From: a bacterium
GTDB taxonomy: Bacteria > SAR324 > NAC60-12
Direction of reading: 5' to 3'
DNA: 64,000 nucleotides
Assembly (NCBI GenBank): GCA_965209155.1
Contig: OZ242383.1
Location: 1,504,001-1,568,000, forward strand
Part shown: positions 41,321 to 50,632 of the stretch, one piece after another
How the letters are laid out: each line of letters starts with the position of its first letter
Numbering within the stretch: the first letter of the stretch is position 1
The notes under the pieces: model-generated
What the model was told of the DNA's origin: nothing
Seen by the model: the letters and a program-made list of their open reading frames with translations, nothing else
Databases searched by the model: none
Program-made: the position numbers and the translations under genes

Positions 41321-42352
41321 ATGCAAACGTATATTATCAGAAGACTGCTCCTGGTGATCCCCACCCTCCTCATTGCCTCGGTGGTCGTCTTCTTCAGCGT
41401 GCGTTTCATCCCAGGCGATGCCATCGACTTGATGGTGCCCAATTATGCCCAGTTCAATACGGGACGTGATGATGTATGCGCGGGGGCTTTCATTAGCGAT
41501 CAAGAGGAGGAGACGGATTCGACAAAGGCTGAGGAATGCGTGGATCCCCTTGACGCGCTGAGGGGCCACCTGGGGTTGGACCTGCCCACTCATGTTCAGT
41601 ACGGGAAGTGGTTGGCCGGGTTGATGCAGGGGGACCTGGGAAATTCCATCTGGACCAATATTCCCGTCCTGGAAGATATCCTGATCCGACTTCCCGTTTC
41701 CATTGAACTGACTCTGCTGACCATCCTCTTGTCCTTAGTGATCGCGCTACCGGTGGGGATTTATTCCGGGATTCGGCCTGAGACCAACTCGGATTATCTC
41801 TTGCGAAGTTTTGCCATCTTCCTGATCACCGTCCCCTCGTTCTGGGTGGCCACCTTGGTCGTGGTCCTCCCGGCCCTCTGGTGGCAATGGACGCCCCCGA
41901 TTGCCTACATCCCTTTTTTTGAAGACCCCATCGAGCACCTGAAAATGATGCTCCTCCCGGCCTTCATTATGGGGATGTTGTTCTCCGGTGGCACCATGCG
42001 GATGACCCGCACCATGATCCTGGAGGTGCTCCGGCAGGACTACGTGAGAACCGCTTGGTCCAAAGGGCTGCGGGAGCGAATCGTGGTCTTGAGACATGTG
42101 CTGAAGAATACCTTCATCCCGCTGGTCACCATCCTGGGATTGCAGATCCCCTACATGATTGGCAGTGCAGTGATCATCGAGCAGATCTTTTCGCTTCCTG
42201 GCGTCGGCCAACTCATGTTCAACGCGCTGACGCGTCGCGACTATCCGATGGTTTCCGGCATCAATATCACCCTGGCGTGTATGGTGCTCTTCATTAACCT
42301 GCTCGTGGACCTCAGCTACGCCTGGCTGGACCCGCGGATCCGCTTCAGGTAA
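41321..42352 (+). CDS. ABC permease, DppB/OppB-like (unit 1)
   Basis: YIIRRLL, GDLGNS, DYVRTAWSKGL (EAA region) and LDPRIR. Confidence 0.9.
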   Translation: MQTYIIRRLLLVIPTLLIASVVVFFSVRFIPGDAIDLMVPNYAQFNTGRDDVCAGAFISDQEEETDSTKAEECVDPLDALRGHLGLDLPTHVQYGKWLAGLMQGDLGNSIWTNIPVLEDILIRLPVSIELTLLTILLSLVIALPVGIYSGIRPETNSDYLLRSFAIFLITVPSFWVATLVVVLPALWWQWTPPIAYIPFFEDPIEHLKMMLLPAFIMGMLFSGGTMRMTRTMILEVLRQDYVRTAWSKGLRERIVVLRHVLKNTFIPLVTILGLQIPYMIGSAVIIEQIFSLPGVGQLMFNALTRRDYPMVSGINITLACMVLFINLLVDLSYAWLDPRIRFR

Positions 42353-42415
42353 TGGTTCGCTCCATTCATGCGAAAGTAAAATTGTGACGATGTACCAGAT
42401 ATAGACAGCAAACCA

Positions 42416-43381
42416 ATGGCCTTAGAAACTGAATCATTGAGCACCGAAATAACCACTTCCACGAAAAAAAGTGGACTACGGGAATTTTTTACCCGGTTGT
42501 TCCGCGAGAAAAAAATAGGAGCTCTCGGGGGCCTGCTGGTTTTGATATTTCTGCTCGTCGGCATTTTTGCAGACTTTCTGGCCCCCCACAGTATCGATAA
42601 ATTCAGTATTCGCCACAGACTGGACGCACCCACTTCGGAATTTATCCTGGGGACGGATAATCTCGGACGAGACGTTTTCAGCCGGGTCATCCACGGGGCC
42701 CGCATCTCGATGATTGTCGGGTTGGGCGCGAGTGGACTTCATATTGTGATTGCAGTCTTGCTCGGCCTGATTTCCGGCTACTGGGGCGGGAAGTTCGACA
42801 TCCTCCTGCAACGGTTGGTCGATGCTTTCATGACCTTTCCTGCGCTGTTCATCATCATCACCTTCATGGCCGTTTTGCCCCGGGGGATGGTCTCGGTCAT
42901 CATTGTGATCGGAGTGTGGTGGGGGATTAACGGGACTCGCATCATTCGAGGCGTGGTGCTCAGCGCTAAGGAAAACGTGTACGTGGAGGCAGCCCGGGCG
43001 GTGGGCTGTGGCACCTGGCGGATCCTCTGGCGGCATATCCTGCCTCAATTGGTCGCGCCCATTATCGTCATGTTCACCATTGCCCTGGGAAGCGCCATTC
43101 TCACCGAAGCCGAAATCAGTTTCCTCGGATTCGGCATTCCGCCACCCCAGCCCAGTTGGGGCGGCATGCTCAGTCTGGAAGGCCGCAAATACATGTTGCA
43201 GGCCCCCTGGTTGGCCTTGTGGCCCGGTGTCTGTCTGGCCATCGTCGTGTTCGGTATCAACATGTTCGGCGACGCCTTGCGCGACCTGCTCGACCCCCGA
43301 CTGAAAGGGGGGGCGGGACGTTTCGGCGCTGCCAGGAAAGCGATCCGGAAGTTTTATAAGCAAATGAATAAATCCTCATAA
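42416..43381 (+). CDS. ABC permease, DppC/OppC-like (unit 1)
   Basis: LGTDNLGRD, YVEAARAVG, SFLGFG, PSWG and GDALRDLLDPR. Confidence 0.9.
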   Translation: MALETESLSTEITTSTKKSGLREFFTRLFREKKIGALGGLLVLIFLLVGIFADFLAPHSIDKFSIRHRLDAPTSEFILGTDNLGRDVFSRVIHGARISMIVGLGASGLHIVIAVLLGLISGYWGGKFDILLQRLVDAFMTFPALFIIITFMAVLPRGMVSVIIVIGVWWGINGTRIIRGVVLSAKENVYVEAARAVGCGTWRILWRHILPQLVAPIIVMFTIALGSAILTEAEISFLGFGIPPPQPSWGGMLSLEGRKYMLQAPWLALWPGVCLAIVVFGINMFGDALRDLLDPRLKGGAGRFGAARKAIRKFYKQMNKSS

Positions 43382-43457
43382 AACGTCATGAATTCCAAGT
43401 CTACCCAAGATTGGACCTGTTTGATCAAAAGGGTCCCGGTGATAAAAAAGATAAGTC

Positions 43458-44483
43458 ATGACTGAGAAACTCAGGTTCGGAATGGTCGGAACCGGCCTAA
43501 TCGCGGGTTTCATTGCTAAATCGATAACCTCATCGAAGGGGGCAACGCTTGCAGCAGTTTCCAGTCGCAAGCAGGAAAGGGCTCAGGCTTTCGTGAGCGA
43601 TATTGAAGGTGCCGCAGCGGTCGAAGGGGTTAAAAACCTGCTAGCTCGTGAAGACGTGGATGCCGTGTATGTGGCCACTCCCACCTCAGCAAAAGAAAGC
43701 ATCGCCCTTGCCGCGATTGCGGCAGGGAAGCATGTTCTCGTTGAAAAGGCATTCATTGATGCTGGTTCGGTGAAGCGAATGGCCGTAGCGGCGGCGTCCC
43801 AAAACGTACTGTTCATGGATGCGACTCACTTTGTGCACCACCCGCGCACTGCAGCGATCCGGAAGGAGATCTCCAACTTGATTGCATCCCCCCTGTCGCT
43901 TCACACGACCTTCTGCTTTCCATTCTCTGATCGAAGTAGTATCCGCTTTGACCCTACCCAGGAACCGGCCGGTGTTCTTGGCGACTTGGGATGGTACCCG
44001 ATGCGGGCTGTCGTGGAATACCTGCAGCCGTCAGGAGAGTTGACTACGGTTGCTGCGGTGGCGGAGCGAGACGCCGAGACCGGTTCGGTTATCCGCCTCA
44101 CGGGTCTGGTCGGCTTCTCAAGCGGCGAAACATCGACATTTGATATTGGTTACACTGCTGGCGCAGTAGTTTATGATCTGAGTTTGCTGGGAACGGCAGG
44201 CATGATCGTGATGGACGATTTCGTGTTGGATTGGAACAACAGTATTTTATTCCAGAACCCGGACATCCAGTGCGGTTACATTCACCGAAAGGGAATGGCT
44301 ACTCGTCAGGATTTCACCTTTATCGAGACCCCTTCGAAAGTTCCGGCAGATGTGTTGATGATCGAACGCTTCACCGATCTCGCGAACTCAAACGACCGCT
44401 CCGCCCAGGTCCAATTCACAGACGCCTCCCTGCAAACCCAGAGTTATCTCGATGCGATATGGGAGGCAATCAACCAGGAGTGA
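43458..44483 (+). CDS. Gfo/Idh/MocA-family oxidoreductase
   Basis: GMVGTGLIA, DAVYVATP, GKHVLVEK, MDA and GVLGDLGWY motifs. Confidence 0.88.
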   Translation: MTEKLRFGMVGTGLIAGFIAKSITSSKGATLAAVSSRKQERAQAFVSDIEGAAAVEGVKNLLAREDVDAVYVATPTSAKESIALAAIAAGKHVLVEKAFIDAGSVKRMAVAAASQNVLFMDATHFVHHPRTAAIRKEISNLIASPLSLHTTFCFPFSDRSSIRFDPTQEPAGVLGDLGWYPMRAVVEYLQPSGELTTVAAVAERDAETGSVIRLTGLVGFSSGETSTFDIGYTAGAVVYDLSLLGTAGMIVMDDFVLDWNNSILFQNPDIQCGYIHRKGMATRQDFTFIETPSKVPADVLMIERFTDLANSNDRSAQVQFTDASLQTQSYLDAIWEAINQE

Positions 44484-44660
44484 CAGCTGCTTTGCGTCTC
44501 TGGTTCGATCTCAATCTGAAGAAATCGATGGCATTCTGAGTCGTTCCCTCGGGGAATCGCGCAGTGATCGTGGCGTTGGAATGGCGGTGAAAGCCCCGCC
44601 TTCCCAACGGCCGCCACTCCAGGGCCCCATTTCGAGCGACCGCTTTCAAATGGAAACAGA

Positions 44661-44735
44661 ATGTGAGCCTATATCATCAGGTGCCTGCTGTGGATGATCC
44701 CGACGTAGTTGTTAGTTACCATCCTGGTGTTCCTA
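44661..44735 (+). pseudogene. 5' remnant of a DppB-like permease
   Basis: M*AYIIRCLLWMIPT*LLVTILVFL aligns with MRAYIIRRLLLIIPTLFILSILVFL of 48664..49665. Confidence 0.7.
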
Positions 44736-45089
44736 ATGATCCTTTTCTTCTTTTTTTATTCGCTCGATCGTTTTTTTTAGCCCTTCTTTGAGTTTTGGTA
44801 ATTCTTCTTTAATCACCTGCCATACGATTTCATAATCCACCTCGAAGTAAGCATGTATTAATTTATCTCGCATTCTTGCCATCTCACTCCAAGGCAATGA
44901 TTCAAATTTTTGAATATACTCAGGAACTTGTTTTGCAGCCTCTCCCATGATTTCAAGTTTTCTGACAACAGCGCTTTTTGTTTTGTCATCCTGATTGAAT
45001 TCATCAAAGTCCTGTCCATTCGTAAAATCTTCGATGCTTTGAATGCAATCAAAAATATCCTGCGCAAACAGAGAATAATTTCGGTTCAT
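44733..45089 (-). CDS. HEPN (DUF86) toxin of an MNT-HEPN module
   Basis: AVVRKLEIMGEA, WSEMARMRDKLIHAY (RX4H) and IVWQ. Confidence 0.88.
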   Translation of the reverse strand: MNRNYSLFAQDIFDCIQSIEDFTNGQDFDEFNQDDKTKSAVVRKLEIMGEAAKQVPEYIQKFESLPWSEMARMRDKLIHAYFEVDYEIVWQVIKEELPKLKEGLKKTIERIKKEEKDH

Positions 45090-45379
45090 ACGTAAATCAC
45101 TTCCTCGAGAATTTGTCCTTTTAGCTCCTTTCGGAGAGCGTTGGAACGTACTAAATCTACCTTTATATTTAAACAGTTTTCTAAATACTGTTCTAATCGT
45201 AAAAAACTAAATAAATCGGGGGTCTCTTCAAATTCAACCAAAATGTCAATATCACTTTTTTCATTCTGTTCCCCTCTCGCATAAGAACCGAATACTCCTA
45301 AATTCTGTACTTTAAATTCCTGATATAGCTCATTTTTATTCTGCTTTATGATTTCCTGAATTGTATTAAAAGATAACAT
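45086..45379 (-). CDS. MNT nucleotidyltransferase antitoxin
   Basis: GVFGSYARGE...SDIDILVEF...VDLV. Confidence 0.9.
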   Translation of the reverse strand: MLSFNTIQEIIKQNKNELYQEFKVQNLGVFGSYARGEQNEKSDIDILVEFEETPDLFSFLRLEQYLENCLNIKVDLVRSNALRKELKGQILEEVIYV

Positions 45380-46114
45380 GGTCGAGTCTCCATAGAAAAA
45401 GTCCTACCAATATTATTTTTCTTTCCATTTTCTTATTATATCAACTATGGGGGTTAATTTCGAGAAGCTTCCATATTGCTCTGCCAAACGCCAAGGTCAC
45501 TTGCGCCTTCCTGACAATGACCGAGGAGCAAAAAATCGATTGACCTCCTTTAAATATTGTTATAGAGAGAGGATACTGAAGGGGATCATGAAATCTACCA
45601 GGATTATGCCATCATCGTTCTTTTGTGATCGTTTTTAAGAAATCGCCTTCGGCTGGAGGTATTTAAGAATTTCGGCTTGTTTTTCGTTTTCTTTTGATTG
45701 ATAAATTTCAATGAAATTGCCTTGGGCTAAAGGTTTTCTTTCAATTTTGCTCCTATTGATTGAGCAGAAAGACATGCAAACCTCATCTCCTCCCCAACGG
45801 TTTTTCAGAAACGGTCAAGGGGGAATTGAAAAGTGCCAAAAACGTTGACTTCTGGCTCTCACTATGAAAAAAACAGTTTCGTTGATCATCAGAAGACACT
45901 CATGAGTGAATGAGATTCCCCGTTCAAAAAAAGCTTGACCATCATTTGCAGATCGATTATACAATATTTAATTCAAAGGACGAAAGGGCAATAAGGTGAT
46001 CCTTCACTTTGCTGCTCGTCGAACCGTCAGGATGACAGGAAAGTCTGAGATTAACCCGTTTCAAGAATAAAAAACATCTTGATAATGAGGTTGTTATGAG
46101 AGTAAACTTAAAAG

Positions 46115-46163
46115 CCAGCTCCCAGCTCCCAGCTCCCAGCTCCCAGCTCCCAGCTCCCAGCTC
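46115..46163 (+). repeat. Heptamer tandem repeat (CCAGCTC)x7
   Basis: Seven perfect copies, followed by degenerate 7-mer periodicity. Confidence 0.95.
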
Positions 46164-46290
46164 CCTAATAAGTTCTGAGCACCAAGATCCTGGTTCCCAG
46201 TTCCCAGTAATAAGTTCCAAACTCTCAGTTCCTGGTACTTTTGGGCAAAAGCGTGGACATGTTTTTCACTTTCTGACCATTCGCGCAGTT

Positions 46291-46404
46291 GTCATTCCGG
46301 GCGAAGACCCGGAATCCAGGGTCCGTTTCGATACCCTGGATCCCGCGTTCGGCAGTTTTTATTGCCCACACTGCGGCCAAACTGCTTCTCTGCGCGTGAA
46401 TGAC
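46291..46404. repeat. REP-like palindrome inside leader copy 1
   Basis: GTCATTCCGGGCGAAGACCCGGAATCCAGGG...CCCTGGAT...GAATGAC; absent from leader copy 2. Confidence 0.6.
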
Positions 46405-46513
46405 TTGGAGGGTATGAACGGACTTTCACCGCGGTGTACTGGTTTCCCGTCACAAGCTCCTGGTACCAAGCACCCAGTTTCTAGTTTTAAGTTCCCTGTT
46501 CCAAGTGTACGGG

Positions 46514-46665
46514 TTCATTGGGTTGTCCCCCCTTATCCCATCTCGACTTCAGGGAGAGATCCTTGAAGTTGCGCCTCAGTTCATTTCAGTAAATGGAAAT
46601 TCCTCGAGCAAATTGAAAGCTCAAGGTTCATGGCCCCATCCTGGAGCCAATGGATCGGTTTTTTT
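46514..46665 (+). ncRNA. Candidate structured cis-regulatory RNA (copy 1), family unassigned
   Basis: Closing stem TTCATTGG/CCAATGGA, internal stems and a T7 tract; compensatory change relative to copy 2. Confidence 0.5.
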
Positions 46666-46831
46666 GATAGGGTAATATTCATGGTGAATATTGCTTTTTT
46701 AACTTTTTATATTAGAGGTCAAAATGAAAACAATAATCAGAAGCATAGTCGAGAACGGGCTTTCGGAAATGAAGGCAGGTTTTAAAGCAACCCGAAATCT
46801 TATTTTTAATCAAAAAAAAGAAAGGAAAAAG

Positions 46832-48601
46832 ATGGAAAATCAAAAAAGCAAATCAACCTTCAGTGCCATCCTGCTCTCCCTCACCCTGGTGGTGGCCGCC
46901 CTCTGGGTCAGCCCAGCCGTCGGGGCTGAGAAAAAGATGGTCAAAGATCCGAGCACAGGTAAAATGGTGAGTGCACCTGAGTACGGCGGGAGAATAACCG
47001 CGTGGGCGGGCGCCGGTTGGACTAAGGCGCCTAGTGACCCCTATTTCGGCAGCTGGCCGCACGTGATACTCTCGGGTGTGAATGAGAAGCTGGGCATCCC
47101 GAACTGGGCAATAGATAGAGACGTATGGGACCTTACCGCGGCCTACTACCCTCTGTCGGTCATGACGGGGAGGCTGGCGGAAAGCTGGGAAACGCCCGAC
47201 CCACTGACGTATGTCTTCAACATCCGCAAGGGCGTTCACTGGCACAAGAAGGCACCAATGAACGGCCGTCTCTTGACGGCGCGGGATGTTGAATGGAACT
47301 ATCACCGGATGTTGGGTCTGGGCGAGTTTACCGACGCCGGACCGACTGCCTTTGCCGCCCAAGTCACCGGCATCCCATTCGAATCGGTAACGGCAACCGA
47401 CGATTCGACGGTTGTGATGAAGCTGAAGGAGCCATTCCTCGATGCGCTGGGGATTATGCTCGGCCACAACTCTACTTTCATAGTGCCCCGCGAGGTCATC
47501 GAGCAATACGGCGACATGCAGGATTGGCGGAACGTGGTCGGCACCGGGCCCTTTGAGCTGGCTGAGGTTGTCGATGGGAGCAGTTTCACCTATGTCAAGA
47601 ATCCTGACTACTGGGGCTATGACGAAAAGTACCCGGAGAACCGCCTGCCTTACGTTGACGAGGTAAGGGTCCTTCCTATGGGAGAGGACGCAACAATTAT
47701 GGCGGCACTACGCTCAGGCAAGCTTGATTACATACACTATCTCATTAATCTGGACTCGATACTGAGCCTCAAGCGGACCAACCCCGAAATCGCGGTGCAC
47801 ACGATTCTGTTTCGGTCGCAGAATTCTTTTGCTCCTAACCTGCGCGTGCCGCCCTTTGACGACATCAACGTGCGACGGGCGATGCAGATGGCGCTGGACA
47901 ACGAAACTGCGGTGGCTACGTTCTGGAAGGGTGAGGCAGATGCGACACCTTTCGGGTGGCAAGGGGTGAAAGGGTATCACATCCCCTTCGAGGAGTGGGA
48001 CGAAGAGGTCAAGCAATACTACAGGTATGACCCGGAAGCTGCCGAGAAGCTCCTCGATGAGGCTGGGTATCCGCGCGGCGCGGACGGCACTAGATTCAAG
48101 ACCGTCTTGAGTCAGAGCCAATATCATGTCTTGGACTTTTCAGAAATAGCGGTCGCCTACTGGGCTGAGATTGGCGTCGATGTTGAGATTGAGGTAGTTA
48201 CCAACGCCGAATATCAGGAAATGAGCGGGCGTACTAATAAAGGCATGATAAGTTCGATTGGGGGCAGCCTGTATGACCCTGTCGCTTTCGTAGGCTACCT
48301 TCGATCGGATTCAACAAACAACCGCTGGTTACATCAGTGGCCTGAGTTGGACGCCATGGTTGACACCGCTCTGACCGCGACTACCCATGAGGAGCAGCAG
48401 CGGCTGATTGTAGAGGCAGATATGTACGTAATAGAGAAGCACTGGCAGATATGGGGTCCCAGAAGTCCAACGTTCATGGTGGCCCAGCCGTGGCTCACAG
48501 GCTATAGCGGTGAAATTGGCCACTGGGCGGTAGGCGACCAGTGGACCACCCATTCCCGCCTCTGGATTGATAGTGAGCTGAAGAAAGAGATGGGGCATTA
48601 G
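46832..48601 (+). CDS. ABC substrate-binding protein, family 5 (unit 2); in-frame alternative start at 46724
   Basis: MENQKSKSTFSAILL signal region, PEYGG, LAESWE, GTGPF and YDPEAAEKLLDEAG. Confidence 0.88.
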   Translation: MENQKSKSTFSAILLSLTLVVAALWVSPAVGAEKKMVKDPSTGKMVSAPEYGGRITAWAGAGWTKAPSDPYFGSWPHVILSGVNEKLGIPNWAIDRDVWDLTAAYYPLSVMTGRLAESWETPDPLTYVFNIRKGVHWHKKAPMNGRLLTARDVEWNYHRMLGLGEFTDAGPTAFAAQVTGIPFESVTATDDSTVVMKLKEPFLDALGIMLGHNSTFIVPREVIEQYGDMQDWRNVVGTGPFELAEVVDGSSFTYVKNPDYWGYDEKYPENRLPYVDEVRVLPMGEDATIMAALRSGKLDYIHYLINLDSILSLKRTNPEIAVHTILFRSQNSFAPNLRVPPFDDINVRRAMQMALDNETAVATFWKGEADATPFGWQGVKGYHIPFEEWDEEVKQYYRYDPEAAEKLLDEAGYPRGADGTRFKTVLSQSQYHVLDFSEIAVAYWAEIGVDVEIEVVTNAEYQEMSGRTNKGMISSIGGSLYDPVAFVGYLRSDSTNNRWLHQWPELDAMVDTALTATTHEEQQRLIVEADMYVIEKHWQIWGPRSPTFMVAQPWLTGYSGEIGHWAVGDQWTTHSRLWIDSELKKEMGH

Positions 48602-48621
48602 AAGCCATGTTAAAACCTTGT

Positions 48622-48657
48622 TTCCCCTCCCCTGGCGGGAGGGGTTAGGGGAGGGGG
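48622..48657. repeat. REP-like hairpin between SBP and permease
   Basis: TTCCCCTCCCCTGGCGGGAGGGGTTAGGGGAGGGGG. Confidence 0.5.
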
Positions 48658-48663
48658 TTTCCC

Positions 48664-49665
48664 ATGAGAGCCTATATCATCAGGCGGTTATTGCTCATCA
48701 TCCCCACCCTGTTTATCTTGAGCATCCTGGTCTTCCTCTCGGTGCGCTTCCTCCCCGGCGATGTCATAGACGCAATGTTGGGTAAGCCGGAATTCATCGG
48801 TCTTGAGCTAGACCGAGAAGCTGTTGAGCGTATACTGGGACTAGATGTGCCCGTCTACGTGCAGTATGGACGCTGGATAGGAGTGTTGCCGACCCCTGAT
48901 TGGGTTACCGGTGAGTCCCACTTGAAAGGTATCCTCCAGGGCAGCCTTGGCCATTCACTGGTTGGCGGCCGTTTTCCGGTAGAGGATGAGATCATAGGGC
49001 GATTGCCGGTAACCGTTGAGCTTGGCGTCATGGCAATCGTCATCGGGCTGGTGATCGCCCTGCCGGTCGGCATCTACTCGGCGATTCGCCAGGATACCGC
49101 CGCCGACTACGCGGGGCGCTCCTTCGCCATCGTCGGTCTGGCAACGCCGAACTTCTGGCTGGCCCTGATGGTCATGATCTACCCCACCATCTGGTGGGGT
49201 TGGACGCCCCCGTTGGAGTGGGTTCCTTTCACAGAAGACCCGCTGGGGAATCTCTGGGGGCTCTTCTTCCCCAGCCTGATTCTGGGAACGGCCTCCTCTG
49301 CCGCCACCATGCGGATGATGCGCACGATGATGCTGGAGGTCTTAAGGCAGGACTATATCCGAACCGCCTGGTCCAAGGGGCTCAAGGAGCGGCTCGTGAT
49401 CATCCGGCACACCATCAAAAATGCCTTCATCCCGGTGGTCTCCCTGATCGGCCTGCAGTTGCCGATCCTGGTCGGGGGCGCGGTGATCATGGAGGTCATC
49501 TTCAACCTGCCGGGGATTGGTCGGCTCCTTCTGCTTGCCCTCGATGACCGAGACTACCCGATGGTCTCCGGAATCAACCTGTTTTTCGCCACCGGGGTGG
49601 TGCTGCTCAATCTCCTCATCGACCTGATTTATCCCTATTTGGACCCGAGAGTGAGATATGAGTGA
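48664..49665 (+). CDS. ABC permease, DppB-like (unit 2)
   Basis: Paralogue of 41321..42352; DYIRTAWSKGL. Confidence 0.9.
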   Translation: MRAYIIRRLLLIIPTLFILSILVFLSVRFLPGDVIDAMLGKPEFIGLELDREAVERILGLDVPVYVQYGRWIGVLPTPDWVTGESHLKGILQGSLGHSLVGGRFPVEDEIIGRLPVTVELGVMAIVIGLVIALPVGIYSAIRQDTAADYAGRSFAIVGLATPNFWLALMVMIYPTIWWGWTPPLEWVPFTEDPLGNLWGLFFPSLILGTASSAATMRMMRTMMLEVLRQDYIRTAWSKGLKERLVIIRHTIKNAFIPVVSLIGLQLPILVGGAVIMEVIFNLPGIGRLLLLALDDRDYPMVSGINLFFATGVVLLNLLIDLIYPYLDPRVRYE

Positions 49666-50596
49666 ATCCAAGCGACGAGGCCGGTTTGCGGATTTCTTTA
49701 TCAGACTGTGGCAGGAGAAGCCCCTGGGCACGATCAGCGGGCTCATCATCTTGCTCCTGATTGTGGTGGCCATCTTTGCCGATGTGTTGACCCCTTATGG
49801 TTATGATAAACTCAACCTGGCAGACCGGCTGCAAGGGGCTTCCACCCGCTATCTTCTGGGGACCGACCAGTTGGGCCGAGACCTCCTGAGTCGCCTCATC
49901 TTCGGGGCTCGTATTTCTTTGGTGGTGGGTCTGGCCGCAACCACGCTCAATGTGTTGGTCGCACTTCTCGTCGGCGGCACTTCCGGATTCCTGGGGGGAA
50001 AAGTGGACCTGGCAGTGCAGCGCTTTGTCGATGCCTGGATGGCCTTCCCGGGACTGCTGCTCTTGCTGACCATCATGTCGGTCGTGGGGCAGGGCTTGCT
50101 TCAAATCATCGTGGTCCTGGGGGTCGCCGGCGGCATCGGGGGCTCCCGCGTCATACGGGGTGCGGTGATCGGCATCAAAGAGAATGATTATTTTCTGGCC
50201 GCCCGGGCAGTGGGCACCCCCACGGGTCAGATCCTGACTCGCCATGTATTGCCCAATATCATGGCACCGATCATCATCGTCTTCTCCATCAACATTGGCG
50301 GGGTCATCATTGCCGAAGCATCGTTGAGCTTCCTCGGATTCGGGCTGCCCATCAAGGTTCCCAGTTGGGGCGGCATGCTCAGCCGGGAAGGGCGCCGCTT
50401 CATGGAGCAAGCGCCCTGGTTGGCCTTCTGGCCGGGGCTGTTCCTGACGATTGTCGTCTACTCCCTCAACATGTTCGGCGATGCGGTGCGGGACCTGCTT
50501 GATCCCAGGCTGAAGGGCGGTCAGGGAAGTTATGGCACCACGAGGATGAAACGCAAACGAGGATTCCTCGCCAGACTGATCAACCCGATAGTGTAA
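49658..50596 (+). CDS. ABC permease, DppC-like (unit 2)
   Basis: LGTDQLGRD, SFLGFG and GDAVRDLLDPR. Confidence 0.9.
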   Translation: MSESKRRGRFADFFIRLWQEKPLGTISGLIILLLIVVAIFADVLTPYGYDKLNLADRLQGASTRYLLGTDQLGRDLLSRLIFGARISLVVGLAATTLNVLVALLVGGTSGFLGGKVDLAVQRFVDAWMAFPGLLLLLTIMSVVGQGLLQIIVVLGVAGGIGGSRVIRGAVIGIKENDYFLAARAVGTPTGQILTRHVLPNIMAPIIIVFSINIGGVIIAEASLSFLGFGLPIKVPSWGGMLSREGRRFMEQAPWLAFWPGLFLTIVVYSLNMFGDAVRDLLDPRLKGGQGSYGTTRMKRKRGFLARLINPIV

Positions 50597-50632
50597 ATTA
50601 AATTGTGTGAAATTGAGAAGGGCTTGAATCCA

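Larger units (their letters stand above)
45523..46831 (+). promoter_or_regulatory. Long conserved leader of SBP unit 2 (copy 1)
   Basis: Blocks 45523-46105, 46514-46668 and 46748-46790 are closely similar to 57892-58470, 58563-58740 and 58779-58932. Confidence 0.8.

Noticed and set aside
44705..44720. attC core (GTTAGTT) after the HEPN gene
   Set aside because: No partner arm; better explained as part of the degenerate permease 5' end.
45483..45510. Half attC-like sequence (GCCAAACGCCAAGGTCAC) upstream of MNT
   Set aside because: No complementary arm found; too short to support.
46015..46045. SRP RNA-like GAACCGTCAGG...GGAA segment
   Set aside because: Lacks the conserved GNRA-capped helix and AGCAG internal-loop strand, and is duplicated in accessory DNA.
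46096..46566. 156-aa ORF and antisense 45957..46220 ORF
   Set aside because: They translate the heptamer repeat and REP-like DNA and are not conserved in the paralogous leader.
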